14,874 nucleotides of DNA from positions 1 to 14,874 of the forward strand of contig JBDREQ010000030.1 of NCBI GenBank assembly GCA_043819555.1. The letters run 5' to 3'. Source of the stretch: Candidatus Zixiibacteriota bacterium. Lineage in GTDB: Bacteria; Zixibacteria; MSB-5A5; GN15; JAAZOE01. The notes beneath the pieces are model-generated. The model worked only from the letters and a program-made list of their open reading frames with translations, was not told the origin of the DNA and did not search any database. Of the stretch, positions 1 through 7,418 are shown piece by piece. Made by a program: the position numbers and the translations under genes. Within the stretch, counting starts at the first letter, position 1, and each line of letters opens with the position of its first letter.

Positions 1-120
1 AATGTCACGATATCGGCAGAGTTGATCACGCCGATCGCGATGGAGAAAGAACTTCGGTTCGCGATACGTGAAGGCGGCCGCACGATTGGCGCCGGCGTTA
101 TCGCCGAAGTAATTGAATAA
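1..120 (+). CDS. tuf: Elongation factor Tu, C-terminal 39 aa (partial, runs off the window start)
   Basis: Frame 1 translates to [39 protein letters not shown], which contains the EF-Tu C-terminal [14 protein letters not shown] motif. TAA is at 118-120. Not in the ORF track. Confidence 0.97.
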   Translation, partial: NVTISAELITPIAMEKELRFAIREGGRTIGAGVIAEVIE

Positions 121-138
121 AAACTGGTGAATGATTTT

Positions 139-291
139 ATGCCGCGTGATATGATCATCCTTGCCTGTTCCGAGTGCAGAGAACGAAACTATACGACTCG
201 GAAAAATAAAATGGCGCATCTCAAGCGGATGGAAAATATGAAATATTGCCGGCATTGCGATAAACATACTCAGCATCGGGAGACGCGGTGA
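139..291 (+). CDS. rpmG: 50S ribosomal protein L33 (bL33), zinc-ribbon (C+) form, 50 aa
   Basis: Manual translation: MPRDMIILACSECRERNYTTRKNKMAHLKRMENMKYCRHCDKHTQHRETR*. It has two CxxC pairs and the RNYTTxKNK motif, in the canonical tuf-rpmG-tRNA-Trp-secE position. Confidence 0.96.
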   Translation: MPRDMIILACSECRERNYTTRKNKMAHLKRMENMKYCRHCDKHTQHRETR

Positions 292-298
292 GTATAAT

Positions 299-371
299 AG
301 GCCAGTAGCTCAATTGGCAGAGTTCCGGTCTCCAAAACCGGCGGTTGGGGGTTCGATTCCCTCCTGGCCTG
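299..371 (+). tRNA. tRNA-Trp (anticodon CCA); 3' CCA not encoded
   Basis: Acceptor stem AGGCCAG (299-305)/CTGGCCT (364-370). D arm GCTC-AATTGGCA-GAGT. Anticodon arm CCGGT-CT CCA AA-ACCGG with the anticodon at 332-334. T arm GGGGG-TTCGATT-CCCTC. Discriminator G371. Usual position upstream of secE. Confidence 0.97.
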
Positions 372-392
372 GAAAATTTATGAAGGTTTGAT

Positions 393-572
393 GTGCAGAA
401 AATATTGAAGTTTTTTAAGGAAACTAAAATTGAAATGACCAAGGTTACCTGGCCATCCCGCCAGGAAATCATCGGCTCAACTATTGTGACGGTTGTGGTT
501 GCCGTGATCGTTTCAATATTTATCGGAATTGTTGATTTTGCGCTGGATAAAATCGTAAGAACGATATTCTAA
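393..572 (+). CDS. secE: Preprotein translocase subunit SecE, single-TM short form, 59 aa
   Basis: GTG at 393 follows GAAGGT (382-387). Translation MQKILKFFKETKIEMTKVTWPSRQEIIGSTIVTVVVAVIVSIFIGIVDFALDKIVRTIF* has the EMxKVTWP motif and one hydrophobic helix. Lies directly upstream of nusG. Confidence 0.95.
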   Translation: MQKILKFFKETKIEMTKVTWPSRQEIIGSTIVTVVVAVIVSIFIGIVDFALDKIVRTIF

Positions 573-590
573 AATTTGGTTTGGTGAAAA

Positions 591-1130
591 ATGGCATTAC
601 GCTGGTACGCAGTACATACATACTCAGGCCATGAGCAAAAGGCCAAGAGATATCTGGAATCAGCCATTCAATCTTCAGGTTTGGTTGATAAATTTGGCGA
701 TGTGCTTATTCCTACCGAGCAGGTTACGGAAATGAAGGATGGAAAAAGATCGACGTCTACCAAAAAATTCCTGCCCAGCTATATTCTTGTTGAAGTGGAT
801 TTGAACAAAGTTACTCAGAATATGGTTATTTCAACTCCGGGAATTACAAACTTTGTCGGCGCCAAGGGAAAGCCTCAGCCGTTAAAACAGGACGAAGTTA
901 ACCGGATACTCGGACAGGTGGATCAGACTCGCGAGGCCGAGGTAACGGATATTCCATTTATAGCGGGCGATCAAGTGAAAGTGATTGACGGACCGTTCGC
1001 TGATTTTGCCGGATTTATTTCGGAAGTAAATATGGAACGAAAAAAGGTAAAAGTAATGGTATCGATATTTGGCCGCCCGACACCGGTAGAACTTGATTTT
1101 CTCCAGGTCGAAATGGTCAAACAAAAGTAA
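591..1130 (+). CDS. nusG: Transcription termination/antitermination factor NusG
   Basis: N-terminal [11 protein letters not shown] and [12 protein letters not shown]-terminal KOW domain ([14 protein letters not shown]...[17 protein letters not shown]). Confidence 0.98.
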   Translation: MALRWYAVHTYSGHEQKAKRYLESAIQSSGLVDKFGDVLIPTEQVTEMKDGKRSTSTKKFLPSYILVEVDLNKVTQNMVISTPGITNFVGAKGKPQPLKQDEVNRILGQVDQTREAEVTDIPFIAGDQVKVIDGPFADFAGFISEVNMERKKVKVMVSIFGRPTPVELDFLQVEMVKQK

Positions 1131-1150
1131 GGATAAGGAGTTAAAAAGTC

Positions 1151-1576
1151 GTGGCTAAGAAAATTGATACTTATATAAAATTGCAAATACCGGCCGGTAA
1201 TGCCAATCCTGCTCCTCCGGTTGGTCCCGCCTTGGGCCAGAACGGTGTCAATATTATGGAATTTTGCAAGGCCTTTAACGCTCGCACTCAAAAAGATGTC
1301 GGATTGATTATTCCCGTGGTAATTACCGTATATGTCGACAAATCATTTTCGTTTATTACCAAAACCCCTCCCGCGTCGGTATTGATAAAAAAGGCAATTG
1401 GGCTGGGTAAAGGTTCGGGAGAGCCGAATAGAAATAAAGTAGGCGAGATAACACGAGCTCAATTGGAAGAAATCGCAAAAATAAAAATGCCCGATCTTAA
1501 TGCTTCCAGTATGGAAAGCGCAATTGATATAATTGCAGGAACCTGTCGGTCAATGGGTATAAATGTGCAGAATTAA
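1151..1576 (+). CDS. rplK: 50S ribosomal protein L11 (uL11)
   Basis: Motifs [34 protein letters not shown] and [12 protein letters not shown] start with SD AAGGAG at 1135-1140. Confidence 0.98.
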   Translation: MAKKIDTYIKLQIPAGNANPAPPVGPALGQNGVNIMEFCKAFNARTQKDVGLIIPVVITVYVDKSFSFITKTPPASVLIKKAIGLGKGSGEPNRNKVGEITRAQLEEIAKIKMPDLNASSMESAIDIIAGTCRSMGINVQN

Positions 1577-1627
1577 TTCTGCGATTCGCTGGAACCTACT
1601 CATAATTGTTTAGGGAGAATGGAAAAA

Positions 1628-2332
1628 GTGAAAAAGTCAAAAAATCAGCGTGCTGTTTTAGAGAAATTTGATAAGCTCAAGCAGTACTCCTTTGAAGAAT
1701 CCATCGGTTTTATTAAGGAAAATTCATTTGTAAAGTTCGATGAATCGGTTGATATCAATTTGAAACTTGGTGTCGATCCAAGGCATGCCGATCAGATTGT
1801 CCGCGGAACGGTTTCGTTGCCGCACGGAACGGGTAAGTCCGTTAAGGTGATTGCATTTGCTCAGGGTGAAAAAATAAAAGAGGCCGAAGAAGCCGGAGCG
1901 GATTATATTGGCGGCGATGAAGAGGCACAAAAAATCCAGGAAGGATGGATTGATTTTGATGTTATCGTCGCGACACCAGATATGATGGGGAAAATTGGAC
2001 GATTGGGAAAGGTCCTCGGCCCTCGCGGTTTGATGCCAAATCCTAAATCGGGAACCGTTACGATGGATATCGGAAAGGCAGTCAAAGAATTAAAGGCTGG
2101 TAAGATTGAATTCCGCGTCGATCGTCAGGGGGGGCTATCGTCTTCAATCGGCAAAGTATCATTTGATAAGGAAAAGCTGATTGAAAACGCAACTGAATTT
2201 ATAAAAGCGATTGTCCGCGCCAAGCCGGCGGCGGCTAAGGGTACTTATTTAAAGAGCGCCAGTATCAGCTCCACTATGGGTGTTGGACTGAGACTTGATC
2301 ATAACGCGATTTTGCTCGATCTGAAGAAGTAG
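1628..2332 (+). CDS. rplA: 50S ribosomal protein L1 (uL1)
   Basis: Motifs [47 protein letters not shown] and SSTMG. The ORF track starts at ATG 1619, but that is only 1 nt from the GGGAG SD (1613-1617). The in-frame GTG 1628 is better spaced, so the start is uncertain. Confidence 0.97.
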   Translation: MKKSKNQRAVLEKFDKLKQYSFEESIGFIKENSFVKFDESVDINLKLGVDPRHADQIVRGTVSLPHGTGKSVKVIAFAQGEKIKEAEEAGADYIGGDEEAQKIQEGWIDFDVIVATPDMMGKIGRLGKVLGPRGLMPNPKSGTVTMDIGKAVKELKAGKIEFRVDRQGGLSSSIGKVSFDKEKLIENATEFIKAIVRAKPAAAKGTYLKSASISSTMGVGLRLDHNAILLDLKK

Positions 2333-2344
2333 AAGGGACGAAAA

Positions 2345-2875
2345 ATGCCAACGCAAGCAAAAATAGATAAAGTAGCGGCTCTCAAAGAGCAATTCGCGGA
2401 AGCCAATAATATCATTATTACCGACTACGCCGGGCTCAATGTGGATCAAATGACTAAAATGCGCCGTGATTTACGCCAAGAGGGAATCAAGTTCTTCATT
2501 TCAAAGAACACCCTCATGCGCCTGGCAGCTAAAGATGCTGGATTTGATGATATGGCCGAATTGCTGACAGGGCCGACCGCGATAGCAATATCAAATACGG
2601 ACCCTAACATTCCGGCGAAGATTCTTTTTGATTCCAAAAAAGAATTCGACAACGTCAAAAAACCGGAAATCAAGGCCTTATATATTGAGAAGAAATTCTA
2701 TGATGGAGCCGCGGCGGAGCGAATTGCCTATTTGCCTCCCCGTGAGATATTATTATCGCTACTGGTCTCTGCCGTTGAAGCTCCCATTTCAGAATTTGTG
2801 GGAACGCTTGATGGAATAATCCGTGAATTGGTCGGCACAATTGATGCGCTGGCCAAGAAAAAGGGTGAAGATTAA
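2345..2875 (+). CDS. rplJ: 50S ribosomal protein L10 (uL10)
   Basis: Motifs DYAGLNVDQMTKMRRDLR, KNTLMRLA, LTGPTAIA and LPPREILLS; located between rplA and rplL. Confidence 0.96.
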   Translation: MPTQAKIDKVAALKEQFAEANNIIITDYAGLNVDQMTKMRRDLRQEGIKFFISKNTLMRLAAKDAGFDDMAELLTGPTAIAISNTDPNIPAKILFDSKKEFDNVKKPEIKALYIEKKFYDGAAAERIAYLPPREILLSLLVSAVEAPISEFVGTLDGIIRELVGTIDALAKKKGED

Positions 2876-2985
2876 ATAATAGCTATAAATCAACCATAAT
2901 CGCATCCGGGAAATATCTCTCGGAATTGACGAAATGTGTTGGGAACCAAATAGCTTTGTAAATGTTAAACCGAAAGGGTATTACA

Positions 2986-3369
2986 GTGTCAGAGAACAAA
3001 ACAATAGCGGAGATCGTTGAGAAGATTGAGAATCTAACGGTACTCGAACTGGCTGATCTCTCGAAAGAACTCCAGGATAAATTTGGCGTTACGGCCGCAG
3101 CCCCGGTTGCTGTCGCCGCCGCTCCAATTGGCGGAGGTGAAGCCGCGGTCGAAGAGCAGACTGAGTTCAGTGTGGAATTGCAGTCTGCCGGAGATAAAAA
3201 GATTCAGGTTATTAAGGTTGTGCGTGAATTAACCAGTCTGGGATTAAAAGAAGCCAAGGAATTAGTTGATAGCGCCCCGAACATGGTTAAAACAGGCATC
3301 GCCAAGGAAGAAGCCGAAGCTGTCCGCGATAAGCTTCAGGATGTTGGCGCCCAGGTTGAAATTAAGTGA
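2986..3369 (+). CDS. rplL: 50S ribosomal protein L7/L12 (bL12)
   Basis: [24 protein letters not shown], an Ala/Gly hinge, EEQTEFSV and [24 protein letters not shown]. Likely start is GTG 2986 after AAAGGG (2973-2978), rather than ATG 2962. Confidence 0.97.
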   Translation: MSENKTIAEIVEKIENLTVLELADLSKELQDKFGVTAAAPVAVAAAPIGGGEAAVEEQTEFSVELQSAGDKKIQVIKVVRELTSLGLKEAKELVDSAPNMVKTGIAKEEAEAVRDKLQDVGAQVEIK

Positions 3370-3404
3370 TTAATCCCGCCCTTTCAGGCGGGTTAACCTA
3401 CCAT

Positions 3405-3438
3405 TGCCGTTTTTCCACAGGGGGAAAATGGCATTTAC
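3405..3438 (+). terminator. Possible attenuator or weak intrinsic terminator hairpin downstream of rplL
   Basis: Stem TGCCGTTTTTCC (3405-3416)/GGGAAAATGGCA (3422-3433), 12 bp with two G-U pairs, followed only by TTTAC. Its position is analogous to the rplL-rpoB attenuator of E. coli. Confidence 0.4.
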
Positions 3439-3536
3439 TGAGTGATTGAAAGGGTACCTGAGGTTCAGAAAGGCTCTATAAAAATTAGAGAGATAATGCG
3501 AAATAATCGACTTTCAGGTATTACATAACGGAATTT

Positions 3537-3595
3537 CCATCCTTGCTGAAATACGGTTAATGGTTTAACTGTATTAGGGGATGGTTATATTTTTT
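3537..3595 (+). terminator. Terminator-like long hairpin plus U-tract immediately upstream of the rpoB RBS
   Basis: CCATCCTT (3537-3544)/GGGGATGG (3577-3584) encloses AATACGGTTAA (3550-3560)/TTAACTGTATT (3565-3575), followed by TTATATTTTTT (3585-3595). Confidence 0.45.
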
Positions 3596-3612
3596 CGGGG
3601 AGGTACTCCGAT

Positions 3613-6600
3613 TTGGCCAGGAAACTGCCCATCGAAAGAAAGAACTTCGGCAAAATTCTCAGTGGTTGCGAAATGCCCGATTTGCTAGATGTCCAGCTGA
3701 AGTCCTATAATGATTTTTTGCAGGGTGATATTGAGACCGATAAAAGAGCTCGCCAGGGATTGCAACAGATTTTTCAAGAAATCTTTCCCATATCTGACAT
3801 ACGGGAGAATTACACTCTGGAGTTTGTCAACTATAAAATGGGTACGCGAAGGTATTCTATACCCGAATGTCAGGAAAGGAATATGACTTATGCCTCCCCG
3901 TTGAAGGCAACTTTGAGGCTTGTCAGCCGTGAAGGTGAGGGAGAGGAAAAACAGGTAAAGGATATTATTGAGCAGGAAGTATATCTGGGCGAATTGCCAA
4001 CTATGACCAGCCGGGGTACGTTTGTAATCAATGGCTCAGAAAGAGTTATCGTGTCCCAATTACATCGCTCTCCGGGTGTCTTCTTCAATGAAGGTATTCA
4101 TCCTAATGGAAAGCACATATTTTCCGCGCGCATAATTCCCTATCGTGGCAGCTGGGTGGAATTTACAACCGACATTAATGACATCATGTTTGTGCATATT
4201 GATTCCCGCAGAAAAATTCACGCGACCGCATTACTGCGTGCTATCGGATATTCGACTAATGAAGAAATACTTGACATTTTTTATGACATCTCAGTAGGAA
4301 GCCTGGCCGGGAAAAATGCTGCTGAACTGGCCGGGCATTTTGCGGCAGAAACCGTAGTGAATAAGGAAACCGGTGAAGTTATTGTTACAGCGGGCGAGAC
4401 GATTACAGAAGTAATCCTTGATAAATTAAGGGAAGTTAAGCACAAGAAATTAAAGTTCATCACTCGGGATGAACATCGGGATGCTTATGTAATAATAAAT
4501 ACGCTTGCCAAAGATATCACCGCCAGTCGGGAAGATGCTCTCAATAAGATCTATTCTCTGATGCGACCCGGTGAACCGCCGACAATCGAAATGGCCGAAT
4601 CCCTATTGGAGAAGCTATTCTTTAATGAAAAGAGATACGATTTGGGTGAAGTCGGCCGTTATATGATAAATCAACGACTCAAACTGGATATTCCTCTTGA
4701 ACATACAACTCTTGATAACAAGGATTTCATCAGCATCATAACGTGCCTGATAGCTTTGCGCAATGGCCATGGCTTCATTGACGATATTGATCATTTGGGC
4801 AACCGCCGTGCCAGGACAGTTGGCGAATTATTGTCTAATCTGTATTCAGTGGGACTTTCCCGAGTCGCTCGCAATATCAGAGAACGCATGAGTCTTAAAG
4901 ATGCTGACCCCCAGACTCCTCAAACGTTGGTCAATGCCCGAACGGTTTCGTCGGTTATAGAGACTTTTTTCGGATCTTCGCAATTATCTCAGTTTATGGA
5001 TCAAACCAATCCTCTAATGGAATTGACGCATAAGAGAAGATTGTCTGCTCTTGGTCCGGGAGGGTTAACTCGCGAGCGTGCCGGTTTTGAGGTTCGCGAC
5101 GTGCATCACACGCATTACGGCCGTCTGTGCCCTGTAGAGACTCCCGAAGGTCCGAATATCGGCCTAATCGTTTCCCTGGCGACTTATGGCCGGATTAACA
5201 AGTACGGTTTTATTGAAACGCCCTATCGAAAATTCAAGAATGGGAAATTTACTGGCGAAATCGATTATCTGGCGGCTGATGAAGAAGATCGGCATATTAT
5301 TGCTCAGGCCAACGAACCATTGGATAAAAATAATCGGTTTGTCGGTGAAATGATTGTTTGCCGTCACCGGGATGATTATCCGGTCGTTCCCGCCAAAGAA
5401 GTTGAGTATATGGACGTTAGTCCCAATCAATTGGTGTCGGTAGCGGCTTCGCTTATTCCTTTTCTGGAACATGATGATGCCAACCGAGCTCTGATGGGTT
5501 CCAATATGCAGCGCCAGGCCGTACCGTTATTGAAATGCGCGGCACCCTATGTCGGAACCGGAATGGAACATAAAGTCGCCACTGATGCGGGAGTAACTGT
5601 CGTCGCCAAACGAGCCGGTAACGTAATTTACGTGGATTCCCAAAAAGTTATCGTTCGCCCCAACGTCAAATCAAAACCGGATGAACTTGGTTATTATGAG
5701 GATGATCTTTATAATCTGACTAAATTCCAACGCTCAAATCAGGATACTTGCATTAATCAGCATCCTGTGATTGAGGCCGGGGACGAAGTGGAAGTCGGTG
5801 ATCTGATCGCCGATGGTTCCGCCACAGACGCCGGCGAATTGGCTCTGGGAAGGAATGTCCTGGTGGCGTTTATGCCCTGGTTGGGTTATAATTTTGAAGA
5901 CGCTATAATTCTTTCAGAACGCATGATTAAGGATGATGTTTTTACATCCATACATATAGAAGAATTCGAGCTTCAGGTAAGGGATACCAAACGAGGTTCC
6001 GAAGAAATTACTCGCGAAATTCCTAATGTATCTGAGGAAGCGCTTCTCAATCTTGATGAAAACGGCATTATCAGATCTGGCGCCGAAGTCGAAGCCGGAG
6101 ATATTCTCGTTGGCAAAGTAACTCCTAAAGGCGAAACCGAACTATCTCCTGAAGAACGGCTTCTGAGAGCCATTTTTGGCGAAAAGGCCGGCGATGTACG
6201 CGATGCATCTCTCAAAGCGCCTCCGGGCATGCGCGGAATAGTTATTGATACCAAGGTATTTTCACGCAAGGAAAGAACCGAAGAAGCCAAAAAATATGAG
6301 AAGCAAAACGTCGTTAACATAAGGAAAGAATACCATCGGCTCTTTCAGGATATCGCATCCTATCGCAATCAAAGATTGGGTGAGATTTTGGATGGCAAGA
6401 CGTCGGGAACGGTTCGGTCTATTGTCGATAATTCTGTGGTTATTCGTGCCGGTCATAAGTACAAAAAAGAAGATCTCGCCGATTTTGATTTTGATCTGGT
6501 CGTCGCACCCGACGGCTTTTCCGATGCAGTTGCCGTTAACAAAAAAGTTGATAAGATAATCGGTGAAACCTCCGCTCTTTTGGCCAACAAACGTGCCGAA

Positions 6601-7386
6601 ATGGAAGTTGAAATTGATAAAGTAGAACGCGGCGCGGAATTGCCACCGGGCGTAAAGCAACTGGTAAAGGTACAGGTTGCGATTAAGCGCAAAATTTCTG
6701 TGGGTGATAAGATGGCCGGGCGCCATGGAAATAAAGGCGTCGTCTCAAAAATAGTCCCGGTTGAGGATATGCCATATCTTGAAGATGGTACCCCGGTCGA
6801 TGTCATCCTGAATCCGCTGGGCGTCCCTTCACGTATGAACGTCGGGCAACTTTTGGAAACGCATCTGGGCGCGGCCGCGGCCAAATTAAACATTCATTAC
6901 GCATCCCCGGTTTTTGACGGCGCCAGCCTGACTGAGATTAAGAGCGAATTAAAGGCGGCCGGTATCGATGAGGATGGCAAGGCTTGGTTATATGACGGGC
7001 GTACGGGCGAAAAATTCGATAACCGCATCACTGTCGGCCAAATTTATATGCTGAAGCTGTCTCATTTGGTTGATGACAAGATTCATGCCCGGAGTATCGG
7101 ACCTTATTCGCTTGTCACGCAACAGCCTTTGGGAGGAAAAGCTCAATTTGGCGGACAACGATTTGGTGAAATGGAAGTATGGGCCCTCGAGGCATACGGA
7201 GCCGCTTATACATTGCAGGAAATGCTGACTGTCAAATCTGATGATGTCGCCGGGCGCAGCAAGATTTATGAATCAATTGTCAAAGGGGAAAATCCTCCGG
7301 AACCGGGAATACCGGAGTCGTTTAACGTTTTGGTCAAAGAGTTGCAGGCTCTTGGACTCGACGTTACTTTGATGGAAAAAACCTGA
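3613..7386 (+). CDS. rpoB: DNA-directed RNA polymerase subunit beta
   Basis: 1257 aa. Motifs [34 protein letters not shown]...[36 protein letters not shown] and [21 protein letters not shown] start with SD GGAGGT at 3599-3604. Confidence 0.99.
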   Translation: MARKLPIERKNFGKILSGCEMPDLLDVQLKSYNDFLQGDIETDKRARQGLQQIFQEIFPISDIRENYTLEFVNYKMGTRRYSIPECQERNMTYASPLKATLRLVSREGEGEEKQVKDIIEQEVYLGELPTMTSRGTFVINGSERVIVSQLHRSPGVFFNEGIHPNGKHIFSARIIPYRGSWVEFTTDINDIMFVHIDSRRKIHATALLRAIGYSTNEEILDIFYDISVGSLAGKNAAELAGHFAAETVVNKETGEVIVTAGETITEVILDKLREVKHKKLKFITRDEHRDAYVIINTLAKDITASREDALNKIYSLMRPGEPPTIEMAESLLEKLFFNEKRYDLGEVGRYMINQRLKLDIPLEHTTLDNKDFISIITCLIALRNGHGFIDDIDHLGNRRARTVGELLSNLYSVGLSRVARNIRERMSLKDADPQTPQTLVNARTVSSVIETFFGSSQLSQFMDQTNPLMELTHKRRLSALGPGGLTRERAGFEVRDVHHTHYGRLCPVETPEGPNIGLIVSLATYGRINKYGFIETPYRKFKNGKFTGEIDYLAADEEDRHIIAQANEPLDKNNRFVGEMIVCRHRDDYPVVPAKEVEYMDVSPNQLVSVAASLIPFLEHDDANRALMGSNMQRQAVPLLKCAAPYVGTGMEHKVATDAGVTVVAKRAGNVIYVDSQKVIVRPNVKSKPDELGYYEDDLYNLTKFQRSNQDTCINQHPVIEAGDEVEVGDLIADGSATDAGELALGRNVLVAFMPWLGYNFEDAIILSERMIKDDVFTSIHIEEFELQVRDTKRGSEEITREIPNVSEEALLNLDENGIIRSGAEVEAGDILVGKVTPKGETELSPEERLLRAIFGEKAGDVRDASLKAPPGMRGIVIDTKVFSRKERTEEAKKYEKQNVVNIRKEYHRLFQDIASYRNQRLGEILDGKTSGTVRSIVDNSVVIRAGHKYKKEDLADFDFDLVVAPDGFSDAVAVNKKVDKIIGETSALLANKRAEMEVEIDKVERGAELPPGVKQLVKVQVAIKRKISVGDKMAGRHGNKGVVSKIVPVEDMPYLEDGTPVDVILNPLGVPSRMNVGQLLETHLGAAAAKLNIHYASPVFDGASLTEIKSELKAAGIDEDGKAWLYDGRTGEKFDNRITVGQIYMLKLSHLVDDKIHARSIGPYSLVTQQPLGGKAQFGGQRFGEMEVWALEAYGAAYTLQEMLTVKSDDVAGRSKIYESIVKGENPPEPGIPESFNVLVKELQALGLDVTLMEKT

Positions 7387-7418
7387 CCCCGAGCGGTCCC
7401 AAATAAAGGAGTGTTTTC

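Noticed and set aside
293..298. TATAAT just upstream of tRNA-Trp
   Set aside because: It directly abuts the tRNA 5' end, so a start site would fall inside the tRNA, and there is no credible -35 element.
221..472. 83-aa minus-strand ORF
   Set aside because: It is antisense to rpmG, tRNA-Trp and secE; the GGNRTPNRRFWRP segment is simply the reverse translation of the tRNA.
2926..2956. TTGACG -35-like hexamer upstream of rplL
   Set aside because: There is no acceptable -10 at 16-18 bp spacing.
3370..3397. Hairpin AATCCCGCCCTTTCAGGCGGG resembling an IS200/IS605 end or REP palindrome
   Set aside because: It is a single short copy with no tnpA/tnpB remnant and no second end; it is better explained as part of the rplL-rpoB leader.
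3381..3521. Tandem CTTTCAGG resembling the 3' ends of glycine riboswitch aptamers
   Set aside because: The GGAGA...CCGAAG core and P2 stem are missing, and the rpoB context does not fit. A cmscan with the Rfam Glycine model would settle it.
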